IMG/VR virus record: IMGVR_UViG_3300009130_000012
Coordinates: 1 to 64,000 of that record
Reading direction: 5' to 3' (one strand)
From: a virus
Length of the DNA: 64,000 bases
The notes below the pieces were generated by a model. The model ran no database searches. It saw only the letters and a program-made list of their open reading frames with translations, and had not been told where the DNA came from. Below, in pieces: positions 36,012-45,959 of this stretch. The translations under genes were made by a program, and so were the position numbers. The number at the start of each line of letters is the position of its first letter. Positions within the stretch are counted from its first letter, which is position 1.

Positions 36012-36338
36012 TTATGTTTTAATAATTAATCCGTATTCGTCTAATGTGTCATAAGCACATTGCACATTAACTGGTGCGTTTTCTATGATTTGGTCAATAT
36101 TACCATCCATATCATCTAACGGCTCAGATAAATAAGTCATAAGTGTTTGCATCATAGCTAACACTAATTCATATCTAGGTGAATTTAATTCTAATGAAGG
36201 TCTGTATTTTCGTACTCTTTTAAAGGTTTTACCTTCCTCATCTACAGATTCTTCAAATTCATTCATATACCCATCTTTATCCGTATTGTTGGGTGTTAAT
36301 AACACTTCATCTAGTTTTTCTAAATCAAATCTAATCAT
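36012..36338 (-). CDS. hypothetical protein
   Basis: 108-aa ORF, coupled to the upstream gene. Confidence 0.7.
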   Translation of the reverse strand: MIRFDLEKLDEVLLTPNNTDKDGYMNEFEESVDEEGKTFKRVRKYRPSLELNSPRYELVLAMMQTLMTYLSEPLDDMDGNIDQIIENAPVNVQCAYDTLDEYGLIIKT

Positions 36339-36940
36339 TAAGCGTTTACATTATTTAAAATTTCATCTCTTAATTCTTCATTATCAGTAAAGTCGATAAT
36401 GTTATCTATAACAAAATCTGCTTCAGTTTCTTTATTATAAGTTGTTTTAACCTTAACTGATATTTTACCTTCTGGTCTTGATTCCAATGTTTTTGGGTGT
36501 GCTCCGATTACCATATCAACATCATCCCAAAGATTTTCATATTGAGTGTAAAACTTGATTGTCTTTATTTTAGTGGATAATTTAGATAAGAAAAATAAAG
36601 TGGATGGACAACTTAAATTAGCTTCTCTACTGATAAGCCATATTTCATGTTCTTCATCCTCCAATAAATCTAAATTAAGTGCATTTAGTTTAGTTATGGA
36701 ATGTTCATGTAATTCTGGAGCTAAACCATTAATCTCCATAGCCGCTTGAGTATATAGATAGTCGTTAAAAGAGTTAACATCTTTAAACAAGAAATACTCG
36801 TGAAAGTTATGGTCGGTGATTGGATTTTCTTCTAAATCAATTCCCTTTTCTTCATTAGGTAATTCATATTTAGAATAAACTTCAGCAAATCTACCAGTAA
36901 AGTTTCTAATTACATCATTTATTTCTACACCAATAATCAT
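36338..36940 (-). CDS. 5'(3')-deoxyribonucleotidase-like HAD protein with altered catalytic motif
   Basis: MIIGVEINDVIRNF (cf. IGIDIDGV); HEIWLISR; KVKTTYN. Confidence 0.6.
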   Translation of the reverse strand: MIIGVEINDVIRNFTGRFAEVYSKYELPNEEKGIDLEENPITDHNFHEYFLFKDVNSFNDYLYTQAAMEINGLAPELHEHSITKLNALNLDLLEDEEHEIWLISREANLSCPSTLFFLSKLSTKIKTIKFYTQYENLWDDVDMVIGAHPKTLESRPEGKISVKVKTTYNKETEADFVIDNIIDFTDNEELRDEILNNVNA

Positions 36941-37003
36941 AAAAAAAGTCTTATATTTAATATAATAAACATAAGACTTTTAATTTTAAATAATATTATA
37001 GTA

Positions 37004-37726
37004 TTATTTGTATCTTTTTAAAATTTCAGTGATTATTGGGTTTCTAACTATATCAGCTTCAGTAAATTTATGAATAGCTACTTTATCTAAATTTGTTAAT
37101 CTGTGAATCATATCGAACAATCCACTATCCTCAACGTTTTTATATTTATCTGATTGGTCAATATCCCCAGTAATTATAAATTTACTATATTCACCAATTC
37201 TAGTTAATAGAGTTTTCATTTCTAAAGGTGTAGCATTTTGAGATTCGTCCATAATTAATATTGCGTTATCTATCGTTTTACCTCTAATAAACGATAGTGG
37301 TTGAAACTCTATTATTTCTTTCTCCATCAATTCAATTCTCTTCTCTTTACCGACAATCTTATCAATGTTGTCTAATAAAGGTAACATATAAGGCATTAAT
37401 TTTTCTTGTAACGTACCAGGTATGAAACCTAATGATTTACCAGTTTCTACCGCTGGTCTACTAATCCATATCTTTTCGTATTTAGTGGTTTTTTGTTTAA
37501 CTAATTTAAGTGCTTGACCTACAGCTAAATATGTCTTACCACACCCTGCGGCACCAGAACATATAGTAATTTCATTATCTTTAATTTTTTGTATGAAATC
37601 TATTTGACTATCATTCTTAGCTTTAATACTTATATTAGATGTCATAATATTACTAATTAAGTCTTTTGGACTAAAAAAATCTTCATAACTTAAATCTTTT
37701 TTACTGACATTTCTTCTTTTACTCAT
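37004..37726 (-). CDS. phoH: PhoH-family ATPase
   Basis: GAAGCGKTYLA; SRPAVE..LGFIPG; FIRGKT; IMDESQN; LTRIGE; GDIDQSD; DIVRNP. Confidence 0.95.
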   Translation of the reverse strand: MSKRRNVSKKDLSYEDFFSPKDLISNIMTSNISIKAKNDSQIDFIQKIKDNEITICSGAAGCGKTYLAVGQALKLVKQKTTKYEKIWISRPAVETGKSLGFIPGTLQEKLMPYMLPLLDNIDKIVGKEKRIELMEKEIIEFQPLSFIRGKTIDNAILIMDESQNATPLEMKTLLTRIGEYSKFIITGDIDQSDKYKNVEDSGLFDMIHRLTNLDKVAIHKFTEADIVRNPIITEILKRYK

Positions 37727-38607
37727 GTTTTTGCTTCTTTATTTTCATAACGCTTATCCAAGTCATGGTCAATGAACGATTCAATAACATTCCTACCGTC
37801 TATAATAGGTTTCGCTAAAAACTTAACTACGTAATGTGATTTATAATCTACTATAGAGTGAAAACGGGATATTTCATAAGTATACTCCAATAAATCTGAA
37901 ACACCTTTGTCCTCGTTAGTAATAAAACTTATATTCTCGATATCTAGCATATCCACCATTCTTGGTCTAGACTTAGCTTTTTCAATCTCTTTAATTAAAA
38001 ACTTTGTCCTTTTGTCATAAATATCTTCGTAACGACTAATATATAACTCCAGAAGAACATTTTTTTCCTCATTTTCTCTAACTACCAGAAACTCAGTATA
38101 GTCTTCTATCCTAAATTTAGGTAAAAATTGTCCTCGACTAACACCAATACGTCTATTCGATTTAGACATCTGATTAACTTCAGTTAAAGTATATTCTTCT
38201 TTAGTTAAATCCATATCATTAAACCCTAACTCAATGCGTTCATTATTAATCCACATTTTAAGTGGAAATAATTCATTATCAGTCATATCAATATCTAGAC
38301 CACTTAATTCACGAATTAAAGTAGTATTAGTAGTTTCTAAAATAGGGTAACCTTCATCATCGTAGCCAATGATTTTACTATTTTTAAGTTTAGTATGGTA
38401 TAAAATTTTATACATTCTCCAACGTAACTCTTTTACTTGTTGGGTTACTTCACCTCGCATCAAATCGTCAGCTAATTTACCTTCATTAATGTTTAAAGTT
38501 AATGATATTCCATCACCAAAATCTTCGTTAGGTGTTAACACTTTTTTTTCGGTCAAATATAATGAGACCATTAATCCAGTTATAAATTTTCTTAATTTAC
38601 TTAACAT
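37723..38607 (-). CDS. hypothetical protein
   Basis: 294-aa ORF, coupled to neighbours. Confidence 0.75.
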   Translation of the reverse strand: MLSKLRKFITGLMVSLYLTEKKVLTPNEDFGDGISLTLNINEGKLADDLMRGEVTQQVKELRWRMYKILYHTKLKNSKIIGYDDEGYPILETTNTTLIRELSGLDIDMTDNELFPLKMWINNERIELGFNDMDLTKEEYTLTEVNQMSKSNRRIGVSRGQFLPKFRIEDYTEFLVVRENEEKNVLLELYISRYEDIYDKRTKFLIKEIEKAKSRPRMVDMLDIENISFITNEDKGVSDLLEYTYEISRFHSIVDYKSHYVVKFLAKPIIDGRNVIESFIDHDLDKRYENKEAKT

Positions 38608-39322
38608 GTAATTTCATTTGTTTATATTTAGCAGTACATTTACCCATCCACCATTGCATTTCTGAAAAACTACTCAGTCCAGTACCATATATTTTTTTAG
38701 CCATACCACCTAATATTAAATCTATCAAAATATCTTGCATACCAACTACCGATTGGAAGTCACCAAACTTAGTTCTTTTAGGTGTTGTTATTACTTTATC
38801 ACCATACCTACCCTTTATTAAGTGCAACGTATCAGTATCATCGCAAGTCAATAAAAAAGAACTGTCAATAGTATCTAACTCAGTGAAAAGTAAATTAATG
38901 TCAAAATACTGCCCCCAAGACTTATATTCCTGTGGGAAAGACTTAAAAGTCCTAACGCTGACAGTGGTATAATCTGAGGGTAATTCATTATGTAATCTTT
39001 TCACCTCATCTTGGACGTACTGTACTGGGTTTAGGTCATTTATAATGTCGATATACTTTTTTTGCATCTCAACATCTACATCCTCCTTATTATTGTCAGT
39101 CGGATTATGCGTATTCATATAGTCATGTATGAATTTACAATCGCTAATAGTGCGATTAGATGTGCTATTAAATGTATTAGTAAATAGGTCACTAAATTGA
39201 CACCTAACACCACCTCCGCTATTAGGTACGTCCCATCTAAGTGTAATATCACCATATTCTGCAATAGCTGATATAATACACTTTAATCTATTAGATATTC
39301 CTCCGAATGGTATTACTATCAT
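38597..39322 (-). CDS. fucosyltransferase-like glycosyltransferase (GT11/GT23/NodZ-like)
   Basis: GGISNRL; TVSVRT; LTCDD; DLILGG..IYGTGLSSFS. Confidence 0.7.
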   Translation of the reverse strand: MIVIPFGGISNRLKCIISAIAEYGDITLRWDVPNSGGGVRCQFSDLFTNTFNSTSNRTISDCKFIHDYMNTHNPTDNNKEDVDVEMQKKYIDIINDLNPVQYVQDEVKRLHNELPSDYTTVSVRTFKSFPQEYKSWGQYFDINLLFTELDTIDSSFLLTCDDTDTLHLIKGRYGDKVITTPKRTKFGDFQSVVGMQDILIDLILGGMAKKIYGTGLSSFSEMQWWMGKCTAKYKQMKLHVK

Positions 39323-39996
39323 AGTTCAATCTTTTTATATTCTCTATGGTAACTTCTAATATTATTACCTATAAATGGGTCCCATATTGAGCCGAAGTCA
39401 ATCATCCAACACTTATTGCCAATCACGTCATATAATTCATCTACTATCGCATTAGTCATCATAGATGCTGATAACCCAAAAACTACATTATCGTATTTTT
39501 CAGTCATCGCAATCATATCATTTTTAATCCTATCTTTTTCTAAGTAACAATTTACTTTAGGTATCTCAATAAAATCGATATACTTAATCGGTAAATCTCG
39601 CTTACTAGCTTCAGAAACAATTACAAAATTCATATTCCCTAATGTGTCGGTAAGTTCATTAATATCTTCTCTAATAACTAAATCTTCCCAAACTATAGCA
39701 TTCACCCAATTAACGTCAATTTCGTTAGTTTTAAGGTAGTTTTGTATCAATGGTAGATTTCTTTGTATCTGACCATGAGTTGTGGGCCATACGGCTTTAT
39801 AATAACCTTTATTATTTTTAAGGGCTTTTTGTAAATCACTGGACATTTCTGGGAAATATCTATGACCGTCACAATTCTGACCGTTAACTCCTACTGTACA
39901 AAACCATTCACCATCACCCCATCTGGTAAATGAAAAATATTCACCATTTTTTAGTTTATTTATATAAAACTGAGCGTTATTATCTTCTTTAATCAT
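39319..39996 (-). CDS. GT-D fold (DUF1792-like) glycosyltransferase
   Basis: FSFTRWGDGE and IDFGSIWD motifs. Confidence 0.75.
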   Translation of the reverse strand: MIKEDNNAQFYINKLKNGEYFSFTRWGDGEWFCTVGVNGQNCDGHRYFPEMSSDLQKALKNNKGYYKAVWPTTHGQIQRNLPLIQNYLKTNEIDVNWVNAIVWEDLVIREDINELTDTLGNMNFVIVSEASKRDLPIKYIDFIEIPKVNCYLEKDRIKNDMIAMTEKYDNVVFGLSASMMTNAIVDELYDVIGNKCWMIDFGSIWDPFIGNNIRSYHREYKKIEL

Positions 39997-40433
39997 AAGT
40001 CTAATTTCATTTTAATAGAATTAGTGTTATTATATAATTCAGAACTAACTTCTACAAACCCTAATTTATTATAGATATGTTTAGCTCTAATATTAGTCTC
40101 TAAGACTTCCAAATATACTCTTCTTACATTAAATTCAACCATTAATTTATTAAAAAGTTTAGGGTAGAATTTTTGACTATATCCATTATCCCTAAATTCG
40201 GTTGCTATGTCCATACCAACATATGGTTCATTAGATTCCCAATTAGAAGTTCTAATATACCCTATCCTTTCATCGTCAACTAACATTATAAAAAAAGGGT
40301 CATTTAAAGTATTAAACCATTTGATGTTATCTTCAAGTGTATACTTAGTGTTATCATGTAGAAAATCCACACTTTCATTGCGTACCCTATTAAAGAATTT
40401 TATGTCATTAATATTCATTAATCTTATTTCCAT
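39993..40433 (-). CDS. GNAT acetyltransferase (PseH-like)
   Basis: EFRDNGYS; YLEVLETNIRAKHIYNKLGF. Confidence 0.85.
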   Translation of the reverse strand: MEIRLMNINDIKFFNRVRNESVDFLHDNTKYTLEDNIKWFNTLNDPFFIMLVDDERIGYIRTSNWESNEPYVGMDIATEFRDNGYSQKFYPKLFNKLMVEFNVRRVYLEVLETNIRAKHIYNKLGFVEVSSELYNNTNSIKMKLDL

Positions 40434-41221
40434 AATTCAATCGATTTATCTATTAATTGATTATAATCGTTAAACCCATAAATATTAGCCCCCGATAATA
40501 GTTTTAACCAAGAACCTGTTTTCCATACACCTCTATTAGTCGAATTACAGTTAGGATGATTGTATATTAATAAATCACCACCAAAATATGCTGGTATTAC
40601 ACAATCACCCGCTGGTGATATATGATGTTCTGAATTAGCCAGTATTTTAAATTGTAATTCGTTATAAGATTTATAATCACCTTTATTGAATAATTCCTCA
40701 ATAGTAAGTACTTCTTTATGTTTATCCAATATCCTATTGTCTCCAATATCCACAGTTTTCTGTAATGTATCTTTAGTCATATTACTATTTTCATAGAACG
40801 GTTTAATATAAATTATCTGATAATCAGTTTTAAACATATCGATTAATTTATCTAACGTATCTGCATCAAAATAGTTAAATAATCCTCTCTGCCATTCTAT
40901 CGAGTTTTTATTATGGATGGTTAATATAGGTTTATCAAAAAGTAACTCATCATTCTTAAAATATTCTTTAAGTTTAGGAGGAGTCCACATCTCATTAGTA
41001 AACCTAGGATTATTAAATGAATAACAATTAAGTTGCTCAGAAAATAAAGTACCATCATGTTTATCCGTCTCAGTATGGTTAGGTGAGAAATAAAATAAAG
41101 GTTCTGTACCTAACCTACTCTCAGTGCTACTTAATAAACCCTTTTCAAATAAAGCATAAGCTTTAGGTAAATAATACATTAATATAAATCCAAATTCTTT
41201 ATGAGTGTTTAGATTATACAT
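40424..41221 (-). CDS. hypothetical protein, possibly a glycosyltransferase
   Basis: 265-aa ORF inside the glycan cluster. Confidence 0.6.
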   Translation of the reverse strand: MYNLNTHKEFGFILMYYLPKAYALFEKGLLSSTESRLGTEPLFYFSPNHTETDKHDGTLFSEQLNCYSFNNPRFTNEMWTPPKLKEYFKNDELLFDKPILTIHNKNSIEWQRGLFNYFDADTLDKLIDMFKTDYQIIYIKPFYENSNMTKDTLQKTVDIGDNRILDKHKEVLTIEELFNKGDYKSYNELQFKILANSEHHISPAGDCVIPAYFGGDLLIYNHPNCNSTNRGVWKTGSWLKLLSGANIYGFNDYNQLIDKSIELWK

Positions 41222-41222
41222 A

Positions 41223-41903
41223 TTACTTAATAGGTTTAATTAAAGTAATACCGTTTTTATTACCGTAAACCAAATCACGTCTAACCTCTAAAAAAATAGT
41301 GTTATATTTATCAGTAATGTCGTTAAATTTAGGTTCAATTAACTTTAAAAATGTAACTTGACACGACCCGAACCCCGCATAACACTTATCTTTTTGTAAC
41401 TGGAATAATCTACCGTGTTTGTTAATAGTGTTTTCAACAATAGAATTATTTAATAATCCGTTAGAAATACTAGCATGACCATTATTAAAATATGATGCGG
41501 TATAATTAGCATCTTCTGAGTTCATTTTATTTAAAAATGGGGTAATGATATCATCAATATTAGGAATATAATCGTCCTCAATCAAAAAACTATGTGTATA
41601 GTCTTTATATGTATCGGTGATAGCTTGTTCCCATGCACCATAAGAACCATGAATATTCTCCCTAACAATTAACTTCACAGGTATTTTACTTACTTTCTTG
41701 AAGTCATTTATTTCAGACGCTAACTGATTATCCATAGCCGAATTACCCTTATTTATAATAAATGTACATCCTGTTATATTTTTAGCTGTGGTTAGATAAT
41801 CTATATGTTCTTTTAAATAAGAAAGAGCAGGTACCCCATTAGGGTATGACCTCCTCTTACCAGTGTAAAATGCTACTACGTAATTAATACTAGTCATTAC
41901 CAA
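41223..41903 (-). CDS. GT-A fold glycosyltransferase-like protein
   Basis: RENIHGSYGAW...FLIEDDY. Confidence 0.65.
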   Translation of the reverse strand: MVMTSINYVVAFYTGKRRSYPNGVPALSYLKEHIDYLTTAKNITGCTFIINKGNSAMDNQLASEINDFKKVSKIPVKLIVRENIHGSYGAWEQAITDTYKDYTHSFLIEDDYIPNIDDIITPFLNKMNSEDANYTASYFNNGHASISNGLLNNSIVENTINKHGRLFQLQKDKCYAGFGSCQVTFLKLIEPKFNDITDKYNTIFLEVRRDLVYGNKNGITLIKPIK

Positions 41904-43084
41904 CCCTTTTTAATTACATCTACAATATATTGTCTATCCTCTTCGGATACCCACCATCCAACGGGAATTGCAGTCAATCTTCCTTTAATTGAATCTAGAC
42001 TAGGTAAATCACTCCTAAAATCAACTAAACAACTATGAATATCATTTCTCTCGTGAACCTGTGACGTGGCAATACCATGTTTCTTCATGTGTTCCGTGAA
42101 TTTATCTTTATCATCAACCAATAATGAGTAAATCCAGTAAGCCGATTCCATCCTATCATCACGTTTTAATAACGTAACACCATGTACGTCTTTAAGTGCT
42201 TCGTCATAGAATTTACCATTAGATTTGTGTTTATTTATGACATTTTCTTCCACCTCAGCTAAATTAGCCATACCAATGGATGCGTTAACGTCATTCATAT
42301 GAAATTTAAAACCCCATTCTGGAATATCAGCTTCACATCTGAAATCTTTTCTATCGGACTCCCTATCAATACCATACCATCTTAATAATTTAGCACGTCT
42401 ATATAGTTCGGCGTGTGGTAACACTAACGCACCTCCATCTACAGAAGTAAGGTGTTTAATCGCTTGGAAACTAAAAGTACAAATATTACCGTGAGTCCCA
42501 ATTTTTTTACCATTAAATTTACTACCCAACGCATGTGCACAATCTTCGATAATCGCTGGTTTAAATCCGAAATTTCTATAAGCTTTATTCTGAATCTCTT
42601 TTAGTCTATCTAAATCTAACGGATAACCACCCCAGTGCACTACAAAAATAACTTTAGTTTTAGGGGTGATTTTTCTAGCTAAATCATCTAAATCCATGTT
42701 AAGTGTATTTGGGTCAATATCCACCCACTTAATTTTTAGATTGTTAGCTAAAATAGGAAAATTAGTGGCTGTGCAAGTTAATGGCGTAGCTAACACTTCA
42801 TCACCATCTACTAACCCATCCCAATTAGATTGGATACTACCTAACCCATCGAAAGTTCTTCGATTAGTTGCTGGGGTTTTTAACATATGTAATGCTAAAT
42901 GTTCTGCAGATGTGGCGGCATTAGTTGTTGCAACATAATCATTACCAAAAAAATCCTTTAATTTATCCTCGAATTGGTCTACTATTGTTCCTTGACCAAT
43001 AAACCCAGATTCTAATACCTTTGCAGACACTTCTGTAGCTTTGTCTGACATATAAACCTTAAAAAGTGGTATGTTCTTTTTCAT
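41897..43084 (-). CDS. DegT/DnrJ/EryC1/StrS sugar aminotransferase
   Basis: VVHWGGYP; IIEDCAHALG; FSFQAIKHLTSVDGG (PLP Lys); GFKFHMND. Confidence 0.95.
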   Translation of the reverse strand: MKKNIPLFKVYMSDKATEVSAKVLESGFIGQGTIVDQFEDKLKDFFGNDYVATTNAATSAEHLALHMLKTPATNRRTFDGLGSIQSNWDGLVDGDEVLATPLTCTATNFPILANNLKIKWVDIDPNTLNMDLDDLARKITPKTKVIFVVHWGGYPLDLDRLKEIQNKAYRNFGFKPAIIEDCAHALGSKFNGKKIGTHGNICTFSFQAIKHLTSVDGGALVLPHAELYRRAKLLRWYGIDRESDRKDFRCEADIPEWGFKFHMNDVNASIGMANLAEVEENVINKHKSNGKFYDEALKDVHGVTLLKRDDRMESAYWIYSLLVDDKDKFTEHMKKHGIATSQVHERNDIHSCLVDFRSDLPSLDSIKGRLTAIPVGWWVSEEDRQYIVDVIKKGW

Positions 43085-43090
43085 ATCTAT

Positions 43091-44746
43091 TTATTTATTA
43101 TAAGTTTTAATATAAAGTTCTTTGTATTTTAATACATTTTTATTATTATCGAAGATACTCATATCTTTAGGTACTTCCATAGTTTCTTTAGATAACATCT
43201 TACCTTCTTTATCTACTTGATAGATAATACCAGGTCTACCACATAAGAACCCTTCTATTGTAGTTCTACCTAATAGTATACCCGCAGTTTTATCACATTT
43301 ATAATAGAATTCTTCTATATTTTCCGTAGGTGGAAAATATCTAACATTATCATAAGTATTTGAGAATTCAATACCATACCCCAATGTATCTTTACCTAAT
43401 AACCAAATCTCTTGTTCATCCGAATTACTAGTATTTATTAAATCTAATATACTTTCTTTTCTTAAATAATCCATAGTACCAGCGAATAAAATAACTTCCT
43501 TATCGGTACCTTTATCTAAGCTCTTATTGGTAAATCTACCCTTATCGAAAAAGTTGTAAATAGTTTCCACGTTATTTTCAGACACATTAAAGTTATCAAC
43601 AATATAATCCTTAATTGATGGTCTAATCGCAACATATTGTTTAATATTATTGTGAATTACAGGATTTTCTAAATCAATCACTTCAGAACGTACAATATTT
43701 AAAATAGGTGTCTTAGGATATAATTGAAGTAATCTCTGAGTAATTGGAGTATGATTAGCATGTATTACGTCAAAATTCACATTACTTACTTGGTATAACA
43801 TTCCTTGTTTAGAAACTTCCACTTTACCTCCTCTATTAATAGTCCATTTACCATCACCTAATTTAAACCCAGGTGGTTCATTAATACTACAGGTTTTAAT
43901 ACCATAACGCTTCGCAATTGTTGCGAATTTAGACCCTACGTTAGATACTACCGTAACCTCACAATTATTTTTGCTTAATTCTTTAGCTAGTTCCATAGTA
44001 GATATCTCAGAACCAGTCAGTCCATTAAAATTTAAGCAGCCAATTAACAGCTTTAATTTCTTGTTAGAGAAGTCTTCTGATATTTTTCTAGGTAACACAT
44101 TACTATATCTATTAACAAAATCCTTTCTATTTTCATCCCACTGTTCATTAGTGGCACCTATAGACATATGATTAATTTTAACGTCGGTACATACACCTAC
44201 CTTAACACCAGCTAAATGATTGGAAAAGCTAAAGTCTACATCGTAAAAGTGAAACCCTTTTACATCTTCGTTAAACTTCTTCTTAATTCTACCAGTGTGT
44301 ACTGAAAAAAACACTCCGTCAACTAATGTAACCTCTTCTAAGTTAGACCCTAAATCTTCACTATATTCAGACAACCAAGTCTTTCCGTTTTGTGTATGAT
44401 AAACTCTACCGTACATTTTAGATGGTGTTTCCCACCATTTACCAGATTCGGGCATTTCCTTACTACCAGCCACTCCGATAACACCATAATCTGGATTACG
44501 TTTAAAATGTTTAATTAATTTATTAACCCAGTTATTTTTTTTAAACTCAATATCGTCATGCATAAAAATGACTATCTCATTTTCAGCCTCACTTAATGCT
44601 TTGTTGTATAACTCAGTTAACCCATATTTACCTTTATTTTCATAATGTAAAAACTGAATTTTATTTTCGGGTAGTCCACCAGACCTAATTACGTAATTTT
44701 TAAAATTACTATCTGGATTTATTGATGAGCAAACTATTGTTATCAT
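43091..44746 (-). CDS. two-domain glycosyltransferase (GT-A plus GT-B)
   Basis: IVIFMHDD...GVIGVAG...FHFYDVD; second domain TGSEISTMELAKEL...GRTTIEGFLCG. Confidence 0.85.
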   Translation of the reverse strand: MITIVCSSINPDSNFKNYVIRSGGLPENKIQFLHYENKGKYGLTELYNKALSEAENEIVIFMHDDIEFKKNNWVNKLIKHFKRNPDYGVIGVAGSKEMPESGKWWETPSKMYGRVYHTQNGKTWLSEYSEDLGSNLEEVTLVDGVFFSVHTGRIKKKFNEDVKGFHFYDVDFSFSNHLAGVKVGVCTDVKINHMSIGATNEQWDENRKDFVNRYSNVLPRKISEDFSNKKLKLLIGCLNFNGLTGSEISTMELAKELSKNNCEVTVVSNVGSKFATIAKRYGIKTCSINEPPGFKLGDGKWTINRGGKVEVSKQGMLYQVSNVNFDVIHANHTPITQRLLQLYPKTPILNIVRSEVIDLENPVIHNNIKQYVAIRPSIKDYIVDNFNVSENNVETIYNFFDKGRFTNKSLDKGTDKEVILFAGTMDYLRKESILDLINTSNSDEQEIWLLGKDTLGYGIEFSNTYDNVRYFPPTENIEEFYYKCDKTAGILLGRTTIEGFLCGRPGIIYQVDKEGKMLSKETMEVPKDMSIFDNNKNVLKYKELYIKTYNK

Positions 44747-44824
44747 AATTATAATATATTAATAACGAAAAAGTTTATAAATAAAAAACCCACCGAAGTG
44801 GGCCAAAAAAAGAATAAATATAAA

Positions 44825-45379
44825 TTAACTTACACCAGTTGAACCAAATCCACCAGAACCTCTATCTGTGTCTAGACTAATCTCATCCACCTTCTTTAAT
44901 ATTAATACATTGTCGTTAGTTACTGGTGATAATACAGCTTGTGCAATCCTATCTCCATGATTAACGGTAAATTCATCTTTACTTAAATTAACTAAGATAA
45001 CTTTTAATTCTCCTCGGTAAAGATTATCTACAGTTCCTGGAGTATTTAATACTGTAACACCGTTCTTAGCAGCTAATCCACTACGAGGTCTAACTTGTAA
45101 TTCGAAATTAGGAGGTAACTCAAAATATAATCCAGTTGGTACTAAAGCTCTTTCTAATGAGCCTAATGTGATTGATTCACTTAAATTAGCTCTTAAATCA
45201 AATCCAGAATCACCTTCTTTAGCATATTTAGGGTCTTCATTATCAGATTCGTTTTTAAACTTAACATCTAATTTAAATGCTCCTGCATTACCTAAGTTTA
45301 ACGAATCCATTTCTTTAACCACATCATCTACAGACATTTCTCCAGAGATGATTTTTTCTGCAATTTCATTATTTTTCAT
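44825..45379 (-). CDS. dut: dUTPase (trimeric type)
   Basis: SGFDLRA; QVRPRSGLA; NTPGTVD..YRGE; GDRIAQ; RGSGGFGSTG; start reassigned to MKNNE. Confidence 0.96.
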   Translation of the reverse strand: MKNNEIAEKIISGEMSVDDVVKEMDSLNLGNAGAFKLDVKFKNESDNEDPKYAKEGDSGFDLRANLSESITLGSLERALVPTGLYFELPPNFELQVRPRSGLAAKNGVTVLNTPGTVDNLYRGELKVILVNLSKDEFTVNHGDRIAQAVLSPVTNDNVLILKKVDEISLDTDRGSGGFGSTGVS

Positions 45380-45911
45380 ACTCAAACATAGTTCTTTTAA
45401 TAGCATCTCTAATTGCAATAGTTAATGCACTATCATAATGTTTCTCAGCATCATCCAACGATACTAATGTAGAGAATTCTTCATCTGTTAACGAAATACC
45501 GTTATCTATAACAAATTTAGCTGATTTACTACCCATACCCATAGATACATCTGATTTAGCATACTTAAATAACTGTCCTTTCTGAATCAACCAGTCTTGT
45601 GTTTCTGGTTCATACATCATATGCTTACTAATCTGATAAATCAAACTTACTTTGGCTAAAGTGTTTTTATTTATTTTGGCTGGATGACCGTCATCAATAG
45701 CTTCGTTTAGCTTAATCGCCATCGTAGTGAACTTAGTAATAAATTGCACTAACCCACCTTCGTAGCAACCAAATTTAATACTAGCTGGAGACTTAACGAG
45801 TTTATCACCCATTTTTATGATAATATCATCATTAATAGCTCCGTAAGACATAGCTAATTTAACAAAGGTTCTAGCCGACTTACTTATTTGTTCTTTAGTT
45901 AATACTTCCAT
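45369..45911 (-). CDS. hypothetical protein, degenerate HD-domain-like
   Basis: SPAS...YEGGLVQF...KVSLIYQISK...LTDEE pattern of HD hydrolases, but the His/Asp residues are missing. Confidence 0.55.
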   Translation of the reverse strand: MEVLTKEQISKSARTFVKLAMSYGAINDDIIIKMGDKLVKSPASIKFGCYEGGLVQFITKFTTMAIKLNEAIDDGHPAKINKNTLAKVSLIYQISKHMMYEPETQDWLIQKGQLFKYAKSDVSMGMGSKSAKFVIDNGISLTDEEFSTLVSLDDAEKHYDSALTIAIRDAIKRTMFEYEK

Positions 45912-45959
45912 ATTTATATCGTTTATTACAAATATACTATCTTAAACAATATGGAACAA

